From assembly GCA_964010765.1 (NCBI GenBank), contig CAXGMD010000042.1, forward strand, positions 1-28,959: DNA of 28,959 nucleotides. Direction: 5' to 3'. Positions 17,914 to 26,411 of this stretch are shown piece by piece. The first letter of the stretch is position 1. Each line of letters starts with the position of its first letter. The position numbers and the translations under genes were made by a program. The DNA comes from an uncultured bacterium (GTDB taxonomy: Bacteria; SAR324; NAC60-12). The notes beneath the pieces are model-generated. The model was given only the letters and a program-made list of their open reading frames with translations, had not been told where the DNA came from and searched no databases.

Positions 17914-18172
17914 TTGTTGTTCAGAGTGATTTTGCTGCGGAAATCGTCAGTGCAATGTTTTTGAGATAAAGAAAGACAGTTTGTGGAAAGGAGAAGATTT
18001 TTACAGTTGATTTTTAAAAAATTTAGACTTGCAGTTTATTTGCCGATGAAGGGCGGGTTTACTTTTCTGAAGAAGAATACTTTCAAAAGTTAAATGCTGA
18101 TGGCATGTCAATTTTGAATTACTAAACTCTCAGTCAGGTCTATTTATGAACGATTCTTCTCAAAGGAATTTA

Positions 18173-19111
18173 ATGAAACGCAAAATTATCATTGATACGG
18201 ATCCTGGACAGGATGACGCGCTCGCTATCTTATTGGCGTTGGCAAGCCCCGAAGAATTAAATGTTTTGGGAATTGTGACGGTTGCTGGAAACGTCCCCCT
18301 ACCATTGACAACGCGTAACGCCAGGGCACTTGTTGAGCTTGCGAATCGGCCAGAGGTTCCGGTTTTTGCTGGGTGTCCACGTCCCCTGATGCGGAATTTA
18401 GTCACAGCAGAGCATGTTCATGGCAAGACGGGTTTGGATGGATGGGACATGCCGGAACCCAGTGTCGCATTGCAGTGGGAACACGGAGTTGACTGGCTGA
18501 TTGAAACGCTACGACAAGCTGAGGATGATTCCATCACCCTTTGTACATTAGCTCCGCTGACCAATGTGGGGATGGCTTTTGCCAAAGCGCCCGATATTCT
18601 CCCGAAAATCAGAGAGATTGTCACGATGGGAGGAGGTTATTTTGTTGGCGGTAATGTCACCCCTGCAGCAGAATTCAATGTCTATGTAGATCCACATGCT
18701 GCCCAGACAGTCTTCTCCTGTGGTCGTCCACTGACTGTGATGCCCCTGGATGTCACTCACCAAGCATTGATGCCGAAAACCTGGATTCAGAGTCTCAGAG
18801 AACTTGGAACTCCGGTTGGAGATGCTACTTCAGGGATGCTGAGTTTTTTTGAAAGATATGATGTCAAAAAATATGGATCAACAGGAGGGCCACTTCATGA
18901 TCCGACAGTGATTGCCTATCTACTCAAGCCAGAACTGTTTGAGGGGAAATTGGTTAATTTAACCGTGGAAACGCAATCAGATTTGACAATGGGAATGACG
19001 GTTCTTGACTGGTGGGGAGTAACGAAACGCAAACCAAATGCGACTGTCATGAACAAAATCGATTCAGAGGCCTTCTTTGCTTTGCTGCTGGAGAGACTTT
19101 CAAAATTGTAG
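18173..19111 (+). CDS. Nucleoside hydrolase (inosine/uridine-preferring, IUNH family)
   Basis: DTDPGQDD Ca-binding motif, VAGN, HGKTGL, PLTN, MGG, AEFN..VDP, LDVT, PLHDP. Start refined to 18173 (AAGGA RBS). Confidence 0.95.
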   Translation: MKRKIIIDTDPGQDDALAILLALASPEELNVLGIVTVAGNVPLPLTTRNARALVELANRPEVPVFAGCPRPLMRNLVTAEHVHGKTGLDGWDMPEPSVALQWEHGVDWLIETLRQAEDDSITLCTLAPLTNVGMAFAKAPDILPKIREIVTMGGGYFVGGNVTPAAEFNVYVDPHAAQTVFSCGRPLTVMPLDVTHQALMPKTWIQSLRELGTPVGDATSGMLSFFERYDVKKYGSTGGPLHDPTVIAYLLKPELFEGKLVNLTVETQSDLTMGMTVLDWWGVTKRKPNATVMNKIDSEAFFALLLERLSKL

Positions 19112-19121
19112 AACGAGTTTT

Positions 19122-19763
19122 TTATTTGCTTGGAATCTCTCTTATAAACGCCTGATAGTATGGTTCCTTGAATTCTTTGAGCAGTCGCGTCAACTCCATC
19201 AGTGGGTCTGGGTGATCGTCAACCCTGAGATTACACCAAGGAAAAGGTTGCTCTCGAATGGTCAACAAGGCTGCTGATTGCCTGCCACGTTTATCACCTC
19301 CGGCCTCCTCGCCAGCAAACAATGCCTGAAGAAGTCGGGATTCGAGTGATCGATCAGTTGAAAATTGCAGTGACTCCATACACGCTTTTAAAACTTCGGG
19401 TCCAGCGAGAAAATTTCCGGCTACGCTGACATTTTTTTCGCCTATCTGTCCAGCCCAACTCTTAGCGTTTGTGCCAGTCCAAGCCCAAAAATTTCCGGAT
19501 TTATCTAATCCGTGAATTTGCCTAGATTCAGGATTATCGTCAGCAGCCAAGGCACTTTTGAGAGCTGATTCAATCGCCTCACCTGATCTCAAAGAAGCCA
19601 ACCCTTTTAACCCGAGGTATGGATTAGTTGAAGATTGAGTCGCTATTGCTCCGAATCCGGCTTCAAGAAAAGGAACCCTAGCTCCCACAGCTAGGTGCTT
19701 CGTGGCAACAGCTATCCCAAAATGATTTTTTTCAGGGTCACGGAGAATAATTGAATAAGTCAT
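19122..19763 (-). CDS. DUF1028 family protein (Ntn-hydrolase-like)
   Basis: MTYSII.RD....FGIAVA, VGARVP, GAIATQ, VAGN, GGDKRGRQSAAL, LRVDDHPDP. Start refined to 19763 (AAGGA RBS). Confidence 0.9.
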   Translation of the reverse strand: MTYSIILRDPEKNHFGIAVATKHLAVGARVPFLEAGFGAIATQSSTNPYLGLKGLASLRSGEAIESALKSALAADDNPESRQIHGLDKSGNFWAWTGTNAKSWAGQIGEKNVSVAGNFLAGPEVLKACMESLQFSTDRSLESRLLQALFAGEEAGGDKRGRQSAALLTIREQPFPWCNLRVDDHPDPLMELTRLLKEFKEPYYQAFIREIPSK

Positions 19764-19786
19764 TTTAAGTCCTTTTATCAATTTCT

Positions 19787-19838
19787 AATAATTTATCATG
19801 ATAAATTATTGACAGCATCAAATTTATCAGGATAAATT
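19787..19838. promoter_or_regulatory. Twin palindromic operator (AATTTATC-A(T/G)-GATAAATT) overlapping a sigma70-type promoter
   Basis: Perfect 24-bp palindrome AATAATTTATCATGATAAATTATT (19787-19810) and a second copy AATTTATCAGGATAAATT (19821-19838). TTGACA lies at 19809-19814, and an AT-rich -10 candidate lies inside copy 2. Confidence 0.85.
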
Positions 19839-19890
19839 CGTTGCGTTGCCATCTTCGGGCAACTTTTCCTTACTCTCTTTGGAGAAGATC

Positions 19891-21456
19891 ATGCTGAAGA
19901 AACAGATACGAGTGATGTTGCTGCTCAGTTTCCTTTTGCTCAGCTTCGGACTGACCATCCAAGCTGCGACCCCAAAAGATGTGCTGGTGGTGGCTCAGAT
20001 TGCGGAGCCGAAGTCAATGGATCCTGCGACAGTGACAGCGGTCAATGATTTCCGAATCCTGATGAATGTTTATGATGGGCTGGTCCGTTACCGAAGCGGA
20101 ACGCTTGAGGTTGAACCCGGCCTGGCGGAGTCCTGGACAATCAGTGATGATGGAAAAGTCTACACATTCTCACTGCGCCAAGGAATTAAATTTCACGATG
20201 GCAGTCCCTTCAACGCAGAAGCGGTCAAGTTTAACTTTGATCGTATGTTGGTCAAAGATCACCCTTACGCTGAGACCGGGCCTTTTCCCCTATCGTTCTT
20301 CTTCTCAGCAATCAAGGAAACAACAGTTGTAGACGAATACACGGTGCGTTTCCGTATGGACGATCCTTATGCTCCATTACTTTCGAATCTGGCCTACCCC
20401 ACCGGGCTGATCATTTCCCCGGAAGCTGTCAAAAAACACGGCAAGGATGTTGGGCGGAATCCAGCTGGAACTGGACCTTACCAATTTAGAGAATGGAAGA
20501 GTAATCAGCACGTCATTCTGGATCGGAATGGCAGCTACTGGGATGGACAGGCCGGATTGAAGTCTGTGGTGTTCCGACCAATTACTGATGCAAACACCCG
20601 GGTCGCAGAGATGCTTTCAGGTGGTATTGATATGATGGTCGAAGTTCCCCCCGACAACGTCGCGACTTTCTCTTCAAACACTAGCTATGCCCTGCATGAG
20701 CAGGCAGGACCACATCTTTGGTTTCTGATTCTGAATTTGAAAGAGGGACCACTTCAAGACAAGCGAGTTCGACAAGCTTTGAACTATGCCATCAACAAGC
20801 AGGCACTAGTTGAGAATGTTCTCCAAAATACTGCCACGGTGGCAAGCGGCCCAACCCCGGCTGCGTTCTCCTGGGCTTACAATGATGCGCTGCAACCCTA
20901 TCCCTACGATCCAGCTAAAGCCCGCGAGTTGGTGAAAGCTGCTGGTGCAGAGGGTGCTACATTGACCTTCTACGTAACTGAGGGGGGCTCTGGAATGTTG
21001 GACCCTGTCCCCATGGGTACTGCTATTCAGGCGGACCTCAAGGCGATTGGTTTGAACGTCAAGATTGAAACCTACGAGTGGAATACTTTCTTGGGCAAGG
21101 TCAATCCAGGTTTGGAAGGCAAGGCGGACATGGCTGAGATGGCCTGGATGACCAATGATCCCGACACTCTTCCGTTCTTAGCCTTGCGAACTTCCGCTTG
21201 GCCTGATCAAGGTGGATTCAACTCGGGTTACTATTCCAATCCTCAAGTGGACGAGCTACTCGAGCAGGCCCGTGTCAGCACAAGCCAAACTGTTCGTGCT
21301 GCACTCTACAAGGAGATGCAGCGTATCGTGCACGATGATGCCCCATGGGTCTTCGTGGCGAACTGGAAGCAAAACGCTGTGACTGGGAGCAATGTGCAAA
21401 ACTTCCGCTTGGAGCCATCCTTCCTCTTGCTTCTGCACAAAGTTAGCAAGAACTGA
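19891..21456 (+). CDS. Family-5 ABC substrate-binding protein (DppA-like)
   Basis: Signal peptide; SMDPA, PGLAESW..SDDGKVYTF.LR.GIKFHDG, GTGPY, DKRVRQALNYAIN, YDPAKA. GGAGAA RBS precedes ATG 19891. Confidence 0.95.
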   Translation: MLKKQIRVMLLLSFLLLSFGLTIQAATPKDVLVVAQIAEPKSMDPATVTAVNDFRILMNVYDGLVRYRSGTLEVEPGLAESWTISDDGKVYTFSLRQGIKFHDGSPFNAEAVKFNFDRMLVKDHPYAETGPFPLSFFFSAIKETTVVDEYTVRFRMDDPYAPLLSNLAYPTGLIISPEAVKKHGKDVGRNPAGTGPYQFREWKSNQHVILDRNGSYWDGQAGLKSVVFRPITDANTRVAEMLSGGIDMMVEVPPDNVATFSSNTSYALHEQAGPHLWFLILNLKEGPLQDKRVRQALNYAINKQALVENVLQNTATVASGPTPAAFSWAYNDALQPYPYDPAKARELVKAAGAEGATLTFYVTEGGSGMLDPVPMGTAIQADLKAIGLNVKIETYEWNTFLGKVNPGLEGKADMAEMAWMTNDPDTLPFLALRTSAWPDQGGFNSGYYSNPQVDELLEQARVSTSQTVRAALYKEMQRIVHDDAPWVFVANWKQNAVTGSNVQNFRLEPSFLLLLHKVSKN

Positions 21457-21463
21457 AAGAATC

Positions 21464-21495
21464 TGGGGGTTGCACGATTTGAGGTGCGACCCTCA
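21464..21495 (+). terminator. Intercistronic stem-loop after the binding-protein gene
   Basis: TGGGGGTTGCAC-N8-GTGCGACCCTCA: 12-bp stem with two G-U pairs, followed by pyrimidine-rich CTTCTCTTTT. Confidence 0.65.
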
Positions 21496-21523
21496 CTTCT
21501 CTTTTCGAAGCTAATTCTCATTG

Positions 21524-22480
21524 ATGTTGCGCTACACAATTCACCGACTGCTGTTGACCATCCCAGTACTGGTTGGGATTTCAGTGGTCGTGTTTCTGAT
21601 CATGGCCCTAATTCCCGGAGATCCTGCAACCGCAATTCTTGGGGCCTTTGCCACTCCAGAAAATGCTACCAAACTCAGAGCTGAATTGGGCTTGGATCGG
21701 CCATTGATTGAACAATACTTCACTTGGGCGGGCAATCTTCTCTCGGGTGATTTTGGACGAAGCTATGCTTTGAATCGTCCGGTATTGGATGAATTATTGG
21801 AACGTCTGGGGCCTACCCTCCTTTTGGCTGGGTCGGCGATGTGTGTCTGTGTTTTACTGGGGCTAATCGCTGGATTACTAGCTGCGGTCAAACAATACAC
21901 ATGGGTTGATCAGGGACTGACCCTTTTTACATTGATTGGGATTTCTGCACCATCTTTCTGGTTAGGCCTAATGGCAGTTTCCCTGTTCACCGTTCAGTTG
22001 GGTTGGTTGCCCGCAAGCGGAATGTACACGCCCTATGGAGATGAGAGTCTGGGTGATTTACTGGTCCACCTCTTAATGCCGGCGGTCACACTTGGATTAG
22101 TGGCGTCGAGCGTAATTGCAAGACTGACTCGCACCAGCATGTTGGAACAGCTTCGCCAGGATTACGTTCGTACTGCGCGGGCAAAAGGAGAGCGCGAAAC
22201 CGCAGTAGTGATTAGACATGCTTTTCGGAATGCACTCGTTGGCCTGATTCCAGTTCTGGGTCTGCAGGCTGGATTCGTTTTAGGGGGTGCTGTCTACATA
22301 GAAACTGTATTCCAGTGGCCAGGCATCGGCAGGATGCTGGTCAATGCAATCTCCACACGTGACATCCTCCTTGTTCAAGGAGGGGTAATGATGGTGGCCA
22401 CAATCTACGTATTCTTCAACTTATTGGCTGACCTGATTCAGCATGCTTTAGATCCGCGAATTCAGCATAGCCATGGTTGA
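21524..22480 (+). CDS. Peptide/nickel ABC permease (DppB-like)
   Basis: IPGDPA, LGLDRP, GDFGRS, DYVRTARAKG, ETVFQWPGIG, DPRI. The start may be TTG 21521. Confidence 0.95.
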   Translation: MLRYTIHRLLLTIPVLVGISVVVFLIMALIPGDPATAILGAFATPENATKLRAELGLDRPLIEQYFTWAGNLLSGDFGRSYALNRPVLDELLERLGPTLLLAGSAMCVCVLLGLIAGLLAAVKQYTWVDQGLTLFTLIGISAPSFWLGLMAVSLFTVQLGWLPASGMYTPYGDESLGDLLVHLLMPAVTLGLVASSVIARLTRTSMLEQLRQDYVRTARAKGERETAVVIRHAFRNALVGLIPVLGLQAGFVLGGAVYIETVFQWPGIGRMLVNAISTRDILLVQGGVMMVATIYVFFNLLADLIQHALDPRIQHSHG

Positions 22481-24398
22481 AAAAAACACTCCAGCGCTGG
22501 AATTCTGGCAGAGATTGAATCGTAATCGATTGAGCACAGTCGGACTACTTATGCTAGGGCTCATCTTCGTGCTTTGTCTAATAACTCCCTGGCTCCCCCT
22601 GCCTGATCCAGATGCTACCGATCTGGCAAATCGTCTCAAAACTCCCTTAACTTCAAATCATTTGCTTGGAACCGATGAACTCGGTAGAGATCTTCTTTCA
22701 AGGCTGCTTTGGGGTACTCGAGTGAGCTTGGTGGTTGGGTTTGTGGCGACGCTTGCAGCAGCATTGGTTGGCAGTCTAATTGGTCTGGTCTCTGGATATT
22801 TTCAGGGCTGGATTGATAGCGGACTCATGAGAGGGGTGGATACTTTGATGGCATTCCCCTACATGTTGCTAGCGCTGGCGATTGTAGCCGCCTTTGGCCC
22901 CGGACTCCTCAATGCCCTTTTTGCTATAGCGATCGTAAATGTCCCCTTCTTCGCAAGAACGGTTCGCGGAGCTACGATCTCGTTGGTACAGCGAGAATTT
23001 GTCCTGGCAGCTAGACTTGGTGGGGCAAGCCACTTTGGTGTACTGTGGCGTGAACTACTGCCCAACATCCTACCTGTGATTGTCGTCACAATTTCAACCA
23101 CGGCTGGATGGATGATTCTGGAAACTGCAGGATTGAGTTTCTTGGGCTTGGGTGCTCAGCCTCCGACTGCAGATCTTGGGTCCATGTTGGGTGAAGGAAG
23201 GAAGCTTCTCTTTACAGCGCCCCATGTTTCTACGCTTCCTGGGTTAGTAATCCTGATCTTGGTTATCTCCTTGAACCTGCTAGGAGATGGGGTCCGGGAT
23301 GTTTTGGATCCACGGTTGCGGGGAGGAGCTTTGCGCAGTCCACAACCAAGGACAGAAGTCCTCAGTGCTGAGCTGGGCTCAGCTCAGGTTAGATCTACGG
23401 AAAAACTGGTTATCCGTAACCTCACGACAGAATTATTTCAACAAGGACAAGCCAAGCCCCTGGTGAGAAATGTCGATTTTGAATTGAGGCCTGGAGAGTG
23501 TTTGGGGCTGGTTGGTGAGTCGGGTTGTGGGAAGTCTGTGACCGCATTATCTCTTGCAGCCCTGGCTGCGTCCCCTCCTCTACGAATTGCTTCAGGAACT
23601 GTAGAGCTGGACGGAGAGGACATTCTGCGCCTTCCTCTCAGACTGCTTCAGGATATCAGAGGCAAACGAGTCTCTTATATCTTTCAGGATCCTCTCACAA
23701 CTCTAAATCCAGTGTTGACGATTGGTGAACAACTCATTCAGGTGATAAGAAGACATCAATCACTTTCTTCAAGAGCGAGTTATACGGAGGCGTTGCACCT
23801 GTTATCCAGAGTAAGAATTCCTTCTCCTGAGACTAGGATGAAGGCTTATCCTCATCAGCTTTCTGGAGGAATGCGTCAACGAGTTTGCATTGCAATTGCC
23901 TTGGCTAATCGTCCCGAAGTTTTGATTGCAGATGAGCCAACCACGGCTTTGGATGTAACAATTCAGGCTGAAATCCTGTCATTACTCAATGATTTGAGAA
24001 AGACCACTCTTAAAGATAGCCAAACAGGAAAAAAAACAGGTTTGTCAGTCCTTTTCATCACTCATGATCTGGGGATAGTCTCGACAATATGTGAAAAAGT
24101 TGCGGTGATGTACGCAGGTCAAATTGTTGAGTTTGGGGAAACAAAATCAATTTTAGAATCGCCTCAACATCCATATACACAAGCTTTGTTGGCATGTACA
24201 CCGCGGCTTGGAGCAAAGCACAAGGTGCTGGGGGGCATACCTGGAACACCCCCACCTCCAGGCTCGTATCCTTCTGGATGTGGGTTTCTGGATAGATGCA
24301 AAGTTGCCTCTGTTAAATGCCAGGATCCTGTCCATTTGATGCAGCTAAGCTCAAACAGGCAAGTTCGTTGTGTTCTCAAGCAGGGTGCAAATGCCTGA
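22473..24398 (+). CDS. Fused DppC-like permease + DppD-like ATPase
   Basis: N-terminal half has LGTDELGRD, LSFLGLG and NLLGDGVRDVLDPR. C-terminal half has GESGCGKS, LSGGMRQ, ADEPT, HPYT and a Cys-rich tail. One uninterrupted 641-aa frame. Confidence 0.93.
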   Translation: MVEKNTPALEFWQRLNRNRLSTVGLLMLGLIFVLCLITPWLPLPDPDATDLANRLKTPLTSNHLLGTDELGRDLLSRLLWGTRVSLVVGFVATLAAALVGSLIGLVSGYFQGWIDSGLMRGVDTLMAFPYMLLALAIVAAFGPGLLNALFAIAIVNVPFFARTVRGATISLVQREFVLAARLGGASHFGVLWRELLPNILPVIVVTISTTAGWMILETAGLSFLGLGAQPPTADLGSMLGEGRKLLFTAPHVSTLPGLVILILVISLNLLGDGVRDVLDPRLRGGALRSPQPRTEVLSAELGSAQVRSTEKLVIRNLTTELFQQGQAKPLVRNVDFELRPGECLGLVGESGCGKSVTALSLAALAASPPLRIASGTVELDGEDILRLPLRLLQDIRGKRVSYIFQDPLTTLNPVLTIGEQLIQVIRRHQSLSSRASYTEALHLLSRVRIPSPETRMKAYPHQLSGGMRQRVCIAIALANRPEVLIADEPTTALDVTIQAEILSLLNDLRKTTLKDSQTGKKTGLSVLFITHDLGIVSTICEKVAVMYAGQIVEFGETKSILESPQHPYTQALLACTPRLGAKHKVLGGIPGTPPPPGSYPSGCGFLDRCKVASVKCQDPVHLMQLSSNRQVRCVLKQGANA

Positions 24399-25362
24399 GC
24401 CTCTTTTGCAGTTTGATCGCGTTACGAAGGAGTTTGACCTATACAAGAACTGGTTTGGCAAGACGTCGAAGAGATTTCGGGCGGTTAATGAGGTGACATG
24501 GCAGGTCGAGCCAGGAGCAGCATTGGGAATCGTTGGAGAGTCAGGTTGTGGTAAGTCAACAATGGCTCGCATGGCAGTTGGGCTAGAGTTGCCCACTTCT
24601 GGAGAGATCCGCTTCGCAGGAAAAACGTTGGACAAGTGGTTGAAGGAAGAAGCCTTGCTGCTGCGACAATCTGTCCAAATGGTTTTTCAGGATCCTTCAG
24701 CGTCCCTGAATCCGAGACAACGCATCCGTGAAATTCTGGAACTGCAACTTCAACGGTTGACAGACTTCAGAGCAGAACAGCGAATGCAGCGAATGAAAGA
24801 AGTTTTGGAACAGGTACAACTTCCCTTGGTAGCGTTGGATCGCTATCCTCATGAGTTTTCTGGGGGGCAGGCACAAAGAATCAGTATTGCTCGAGCTCTG
24901 ATTTCGAAGCCAAGACTCTTGTTGCTCGATGAACCAGTTTCTGCGTTGGATGTTTCTGTTCAAGCACAAATTCTCCTGTTGCTGGAGGAGATGCGTAAGG
25001 AGTTGGGAGTTACCTACGTTTTCATCAGTCATGATTTAGCTGTCGTCGAACAGCTTTGTCCCAGTGTCCTGGTCATGTATGCCGGTTCGATTGTTGAAAG
25101 TGGCCCAACCAATCAGCTTTTTCAGCAACGTAATCACCCCTACACGGATTTGCTGATCAGAAGTGTTCCCGTACCTGGAAAATCTCTGGAATTGAAAAGT
25201 GAGGAGATGGCGAATTTGGAAAATTCTCAAGGCTGTGCTTTCCGTAATCGCTGCTCGAAAGCTAATCAGCAATGTTCACAAGCTCCAATATTGAAAGAAG
25301 TTTCAGGCTCTATGGGAGGACATGAGTGTGCTTGCCACTATCCACTAAGTGAGGCGGCGTGA
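24391..25362 (+). CDS. Peptide ABC transporter ATP-binding protein (DppF-like)
   Basis: GESGCGKST, FSGGQAQR, LLDEP, HPYT, Cys-rich tail GCAFRNRC..C..CACH. Start refined to ATG 24391. Confidence 0.95.
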   Translation: MPEPLLQFDRVTKEFDLYKNWFGKTSKRFRAVNEVTWQVEPGAALGIVGESGCGKSTMARMAVGLELPTSGEIRFAGKTLDKWLKEEALLLRQSVQMVFQDPSASLNPRQRIREILELQLQRLTDFRAEQRMQRMKEVLEQVQLPLVALDRYPHEFSGGQAQRISIARALISKPRLLLLDEPVSALDVSVQAQILLLLEEMRKELGVTYVFISHDLAVVEQLCPSVLVMYAGSIVESGPTNQLFQQRNHPYTDLLIRSVPVPGKSLELKSEEMANLENSQGCAFRNRCSKANQQCSQAPILKEVSGSMGGHECACHYPLSEAA

Positions 25363-26405
25363 AGAATTCAGACACTTTCCTCGTTGAGACCCTGAGAAGT
25401 CTGACCAGTATTCCCAGCCCTAGCGGAAGAACAGAGCAAATTGTTAGCTGGACGCTGGAGCTACTTCAATCGTGGGGATATACACCCGAACTCACGCGTC
25501 GAGGGGCAATCAAGCTCAAGCTGCCGGGTAAAGACTCTAGTCGAACACGGGCTTTGACTGCTCACCTGGATACGCTTGGAGCGATGGTGCGGCATCTCAA
25601 AGGCAATGGACGATGTGCGCTGGCTCCTGTTGGAACTTGGTCAAGCCGCTTCGCAGAAGGTGCCAGAGTGACCCTCCACACCGATGAACATGAATATCGA
25701 GGAACGATCTTACCACTCTTGGCTTCAGGCCATGCCTATAATGAAAAAGTCGATCAGCAACCAGTCAACTGGGAACAAGTAGAGCTACGAATCGATGAGT
25801 ACTGCAATAGTTTTCAGGACTTGGAAAAGCTGGGGGTTCAACCAGGTGATTTCGTCTCCATTGATACGGGAACGGAGGTTTTAGAAAATGGGTTTATCTT
25901 TTCAAGGCATTTGGATGACAAAGCCGGAGTGGTGGCTCTACTGAACGCACTAAGATTGATTCATGAGGAGGGTTCTCAACTTCCTTGCACCACGTATTTG
26001 ATTCTGACAGTGCGCGAAGAAATTGGAGATGGAGGATCTGCTGTTCTTTCCCCGGATGTTTGGGAACTGGTAACAATTGACAATGGAGTTCAGGCTGGCA
26101 CTCAGCATTCCAGGGAGTTTGGAGTCACCTTGGCGATGGGGGACAAGACGGGGCCATTTGATCGAAGACTGGTCTTACATCTGGACCGACTTTGCAAACA
26201 GAACCAACTTTCTCATCAGCGAGATCTATTCAAACACTATCGTTCTGACCTGGCAGCCGCAGTGGAAGCAGGTTTTGATGTTCGAACTGCCCTGATTGCG
26301 ATTGGATTGGATGGAAGTCATGGCCATGAACGGACCCATCTTGATGCAATTCGAACTGCTTCTGATCTCGCACACCTTTACTTACTTTCCCCACTTCTGG
26401 ACTAG
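25359..26405 (+). CDS. M42 family metallopeptidase, resembling the osmoprotectant NAGGN-system M42 peptidase subfamily
   Basis: IPSPSG, AHLDTLGAMV, GTWSSRFAEGARV, SRHLDDKAG, EEIG, SHGHERTH. GTG start overlaps the upstream stop (GTGA). Confidence 0.88.
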   Translation: MKNSDTFLVETLRSLTSIPSPSGRTEQIVSWTLELLQSWGYTPELTRRGAIKLKLPGKDSSRTRALTAHLDTLGAMVRHLKGNGRCALAPVGTWSSRFAEGARVTLHTDEHEYRGTILPLLASGHAYNEKVDQQPVNWEQVELRIDEYCNSFQDLEKLGVQPGDFVSIDTGTEVLENGFIFSRHLDDKAGVVALLNALRLIHEEGSQLPCTTYLILTVREEIGDGGSAVLSPDVWELVTIDNGVQAGTQHSREFGVTLAMGDKTGPFDRRLVLHLDRLCKQNQLSHQRDLFKHYRSDLAAAVEAGFDVRTALIAIGLDGSHGHERTHLDAIRTASDLAHLYLLSPLLD

Positions 26406-26411
26406 AATAGA

